32,548 nucleotides of DNA from an uncultured delta proteobacterium. GTDB lineage: Bacteria > Desulfobacterota > Syntrophia > Syntrophales > UBA2185. The translations under genes were made by a program, and so were the position numbers. The notes beneath the pieces were generated by a model, which saw only the letters and a list, made by a program, of their open reading frames with translations, was not told the origin of the DNA and searched no databases. Of the stretch, positions 29,300-32,548 are shown piece by piece (within the stretch, counting starts at the first letter, position 1; each line of letters opens with the position of its first letter). Location: contig CAVSPA010000015.1 in NCBI GenBank assembly GCA_963729715.1, forward strand, positions 1-32,548, given 5' to 3'.

Positions 29300-29358
29300 T
29301 ATTCCCGGAATTGTCAAACTCCGGGAGTTCCCCCGCAGCGCCGGGGGTTTTACCAGGA
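29300..29358. repeat. GC-rich hairpin element resembling an IS200/IS605-type end remnant
   Basis: TTGTCAAACTCCGGGAGTTCCCCCGCAGCGCCGGGGGTTTTACC with CCCCCG/CGGGGG stem; abuts the ATPase stop codon; family resemblance from memory. Confidence 0.5.
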
Positions 29359-30675
29359 TTAATAACCCAGACGACCAGCCGCATAGAGTGGGACATAATG
29401 AACGATATTTCTCTGGCTTATATTGTTGGCGCTCAGTATGTACGCCCTTGGGGGGCGATAGCGCTCTATGTAAACCTTCAGGCTCTTCGATTGGGTCACC
29501 CAACCGGATTTAACCTCCACGGGCACGACTTCCCCCTCCCGTTCAAGAAGAAATTCCACTTCCGCCGTGCGCCCCTGCCAGCAGAAGAGCGTCTTATCTC
29601 CCGCGGCTCGCAGTTCCTGAGCCACGAAATTCTCCGCGGCGTAACCCTGGTAGCTGCCGAAGTCATAGTTCAGGAACGTGGCAGGGGCGATGCCGCTTGC
29701 GGCTCCCAGCAGGCCCACATCAAAGAAGTAGAGTTTGAAGCGGTTTTCCTTCACATACCCGGAAAGGGGAACGCCGACGGCGTCGATAATGGGCGTCCGG
29801 ATGACCAGATTGGCGCATTCCAGCCAGTCCAGAGGAGCGGACAATCTCTCGTAACCCCGGATTCCGGGGATCCCTTCGCGAAGCTTGAATTTTCCGGCTG
29901 ATCCGTTTTGCGCCCGCGCCAGTTGCGTGGGCACGTTCCGCCATAGTTTCTCGATATGCAAGGCGTTGCTCTTCCCACTATGCTTCGCCATATCGGCCAA
30001 ATAGGCCTCTATAAGGTCCCGCTGCGCCCCGCGAATTGCCTGAACGGCGTCGTATAAATTTTCCTGCCGTTCGCGATAATGGTTTACTGCATCGGGCAGA
30101 CCACCGATAACCAGGTAGTGCTTCCACAATCCCCAGAGTTGTTCGTGCGCCGTCTCTGGGAAGGGTTGGGTCAAGTCATGTTTCCGGAGCAATTCGGCCA
30201 GCCGTTCCTTTCCCACGCCATCGAGAAATTCATCGAACGAAAGGGGGTACATATCCAGAAATTGAATCTTTCCGACGGGGAAAGAGTCCGGTTGCAGCGC
30301 CACGCCCAAGAGGGAACCGGCGGCGCACAGGGCCATCTCAGGCATCTCCTCGGAGAAATATTTCAGGCTGGTCAGCGCCCTGGGGCTGCGCTGGATCTCA
30401 TCGAAGATGACAAGATCGAGGCGGCGGTCGATGGGCCGATCTAGGTAAAACTGTAATTCGTCGAAGATGCGATCCGGTTTCAGATCCTGCTCGAATATCC
30501 GCCCGAGCCTTTCATCCTTTTCAAAATTGACATAATGATACCGGGGAAAGGCCGCTCCCCCGAATTCCTTCAGGATGTAAGTCTTGCCGACCTGCCGGGC
30601 GCCTCTGAGAATAAGGGGTTTGCGGTTTACAGACGTTTTCCAGCGGTTTAAAAAATCGGTGACAGTGCGTTTCAT
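29359..30675 (-). CDS. AAA_14 / DUF4143 ATP-binding protein with C-terminal PD-(D/E)xK-like domain
   Basis: RKPLILRGARQVGKT, FDEIQ, AGSLLG, MYPLSFDEFL, GGLP, KLYFFDVGLL, ENFV, EVEF..VPVEVKSG. Confidence 0.9.
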   Translation of the reverse strand: MKRTVTDFLNRWKTSVNRKPLILRGARQVGKTYILKEFGGAAFPRYHYVNFEKDERLGRIFEQDLKPDRIFDELQFYLDRPIDRRLDLVIFDEIQRSPRALTSLKYFSEEMPEMALCAAGSLLGVALQPDSFPVGKIQFLDMYPLSFDEFLDGVGKERLAELLRKHDLTQPFPETAHEQLWGLWKHYLVIGGLPDAVNHYRERQENLYDAVQAIRGAQRDLIEAYLADMAKHSGKSNALHIEKLWRNVPTQLARAQNGSAGKFKLREGIPGIRGYERLSAPLDWLECANLVIRTPIIDAVGVPLSGYVKENRFKLYFFDVGLLGAASGIAPATFLNYDFGSYQGYAAENFVAQELRAAGDKTLFCWQGRTAEVEFLLEREGEVVPVEVKSGWVTQSKSLKVYIERYRPPRAYILSANNISQRNIVHYVPLYAAGRLGY

Positions 30676-30683
30676 GTAGATAT

Positions 30684-30711
30684 AAATACACTATGCGTGT
30701 ATTTTGTGCAA
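30684..30711 (-). promoter_or_regulatory. Putative promoter/operator of the ATPase gene
   Basis: Perfect inverted repeat AAATACAC-N5-GTGTATTT (30684-30704) next to minus-strand TTGCAC (30706-30711); ends 8 nt before the ATG; no Shine-Dalgarno. Confidence 0.5.
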
Positions 30712-30751
30712 TGACTATTTTCGAGTGGCCCTTGTCCCCACCACGGCAAAC

Positions 30752-30838
30752 GAGAGCTTTGCATAATTCAATGCTTCGAGGAGTTTAACACGAGTAAACG
30801 TAAAGGGTTCACAATGACACAGTGAAAATTTTTCAAGT
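30752..30838. repeat. Degenerate second copy of the MITE/REP-like element
   Basis: GAGAGCTTTGCATAAT..ATGCTTCG..TCACAATGACA..AATTTTTCAAG parallels the left end, TTGCTTCG..CGCAATGACA and right end of the 29099 element. Confidence 0.5.
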
Positions 30839-30842
30839 AAAA

Positions 30843-30907
30843 AAAGAGACGGCCACTTTTTATTGCGGTTCCCGCTTGCGGACACTTGCAAAATAGCCTG
30901 TCCATTT
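30843..30907. repeat. Imperfect inverted repeat of a different type at the capD 3' end
   Basis: GAGACGGCCACTTTTT ... AAAATAGCCTGTCC; related fragment GTGGCCCTTGTCCCC near 30725. Confidence 0.4.
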
Positions 30908-32548
30908 ATCTAAAGATGCTCTCTGTCTCCTGCGGCGAATATTCGGGAACAATCTCCTGAAGCTTTCTCTTTATAGCCTGGGAATCATGGCGCAGCGATA
31001 GTTCATATAACTGTTTGAGTTCTGAATTCAGCCAATCATGCAGCTCTGCAGCACTCTTCAAACCATTAGAGAAACCATCTTATCGAAGCACCATTATCTT
31101 CTCGTGCTTCGTCGGTCCTATCCCTTCTCCCACAGTAATGAGTTCTTCGTAAAGTTTTTCCCCTTCCCGAAGTCCCGTAAAGACGATCTTAATATCTTTG
31201 TCCGGCTCTTTACCAGATAGCCTTATCAGGTCTCTTGCCATGTCCAGAATCTTGACTGGCGTGCCCATCCTCAGGATGAAAACTTCACTGCCCTCTCCCA
31301 TGGCCCCTGCCTGAATGATCATCTGCGCCGCCTCAGGTATGGTCATGAAATAGCGATTGACATCCGGATGGGTCACAGTGACAGGCCCGCCCTGCTCTAT
31401 CTGCCGCCGGAAGAGAGGAATCACGGACCCTGAAGAGCCAACAACATTTCCAAATCGCACAGCCATGAACTTTGTGCCATTCCCCTGAAAGGACTGGAGG
31501 AGCAATTCTGCCACGCGTTTGCTCGCCCCCATGACATTGGTGGGCTTCACCGCCTTGTCAGTGGATACAAGGACGAAACGCCTCACCCCATATCGAGGGC
31601 CAATTCCATCACTATCTGGGTCCCCACAATATTATTTGTAACCGCCTCCCAGGGATTTTTCTCCAGCATAGGCACATGCTTATAGGCAGCAGCGTGAAAT
31701 ACAACCTGCGGACGGAATTTCTTGAAAACAGAGGTCATGAGCTCCCTATCCTGCACATGCCCGAGGATAGTCGTACAATTTTGATAATAGAGTTCATGCT
31801 GGAGTTCCATCTGTATGTGAAAAAGATTAGCCTCACTTGCATCCACTAAAATGAGCGAATGCGGCTGATATTTGATAACCTGCCGGCACAGCTCCGATCC
31901 GATGGAACCGCCGCAGCCAGTAATAAGAATTGTTCGTCCATCCAGATAACTCCTGATTCCTGTTGTATCCAAATGCACAGGCGGCCGACCCAGCAGATCC
32001 TCATATCTCACGTCCCTGAGAACCTTGACGCTGACTCGTCCATCAATAATTTCACCGATGCCCGGCAGCGTCTTATAAAAAATATTGCACCCCTTACAGA
32101 TATCTATTATCCGCCGCATCTCTTCGCCGCTGGCCGAGGGGATGGCAATGAGAATCTCATCAATATTTTTGCCGCGATAATCTTATGCATATCATCCAGA
32201 TGTCCCAGGACAGGAACCCCATGGATGGACCGCCCCTGCTTGACAGGATCATCATCGATAAAACCCACCACTTCATAATGAATCTGGTAATTCTCGAAAA
32301 TCTCGCGGAGTATCTTTTCACCCGCAGCGCCAGCCCCTACAATGAGCACTCGCGTCTGATGTTTCGGCTGATAAAAAGACCTCCTGTTTTCCTGGAAACG
32401 CGTCTGCGATGCGAAGTACAAACGGATAGCCATCCGCAGCCCGCCCGCCAGAAAAAATGTTAATCCCCCGTCTAAAATAAATACGGCACGGGAAAAGCCC
32501 GAAAATCTGTAAATGAAAAGGATTATAGCCATGATTAAAAGCATTGAT
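30906..32548 (-). pseudogene. CapD/PglF-like nucleoside-diphosphate sugar epimerase/dehydratase, disrupted; 5' end outside the window
   Basis: Motifs [75 protein letters not shown] split by frameshifts near 32168 and 31587 and an in-frame TAA at 31080-31082; natural stop at 30906-30908. Confidence 0.85.

Noticed and set aside
29311..29901. 196 aa plus-strand ORF as a possible transposase next to the hairpin
   Set aside because: Antisense to the ATPase; no HUH/Y1 or DDE motifs seen
28940..30907. CRISPR array or integron attC array
   Set aside because: Repeats are heterogeneous and irregularly spaced; no cas or intI gene and no clear RYYYAAC/GTTRRRY attC layout
31080..32170. Programmed frameshifting or stop readthrough in capD
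   Set aside because: Three independent events would be needed; TAA is not a Sec/Pyl codon and no canonical slippery heptamer was seen

Overview
Chromosomal cell-envelope region from a Gram-negative bacterium; gene order and protein style suggest Desulfobacterota/Syntrophales-like Deltaproteobacteria (inference only). Left end (minus strand): a DUF2844/DUF3443-type gene pair whose larger member is a lipoprotein carrying both catalytic motifs of a bilobed pepsin-like aspartic protease. Next come a TPP riboswitch with thiC and a ~19.4 kb plus-strand run: lysS-lolC/E-lolD-bamA-skp-lpxD-lpxA-gnnA-gnnB-lpxB-msbA-lpxK-lpxL-waaF-gmhB-waaC-like-pagL-Trm112. fabZ, lpxI/H and waaA are absent from this run. 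It converges on a minus-strand polysaccharide locus: fcl, gmd, a methyltransferase-GT2 fusion with no canonical start codon, a third GT9, an AAA_14/DUF4143 ATPase surrounded by several kinds of palindromic/MITE-like repeats, and a capD/pglF-like dehydratase broken by two frameshifts and one nonsense codon. No rRNA, tRNA or CRISPR array was seen. All calls come from reading the sequence; no searches were run.
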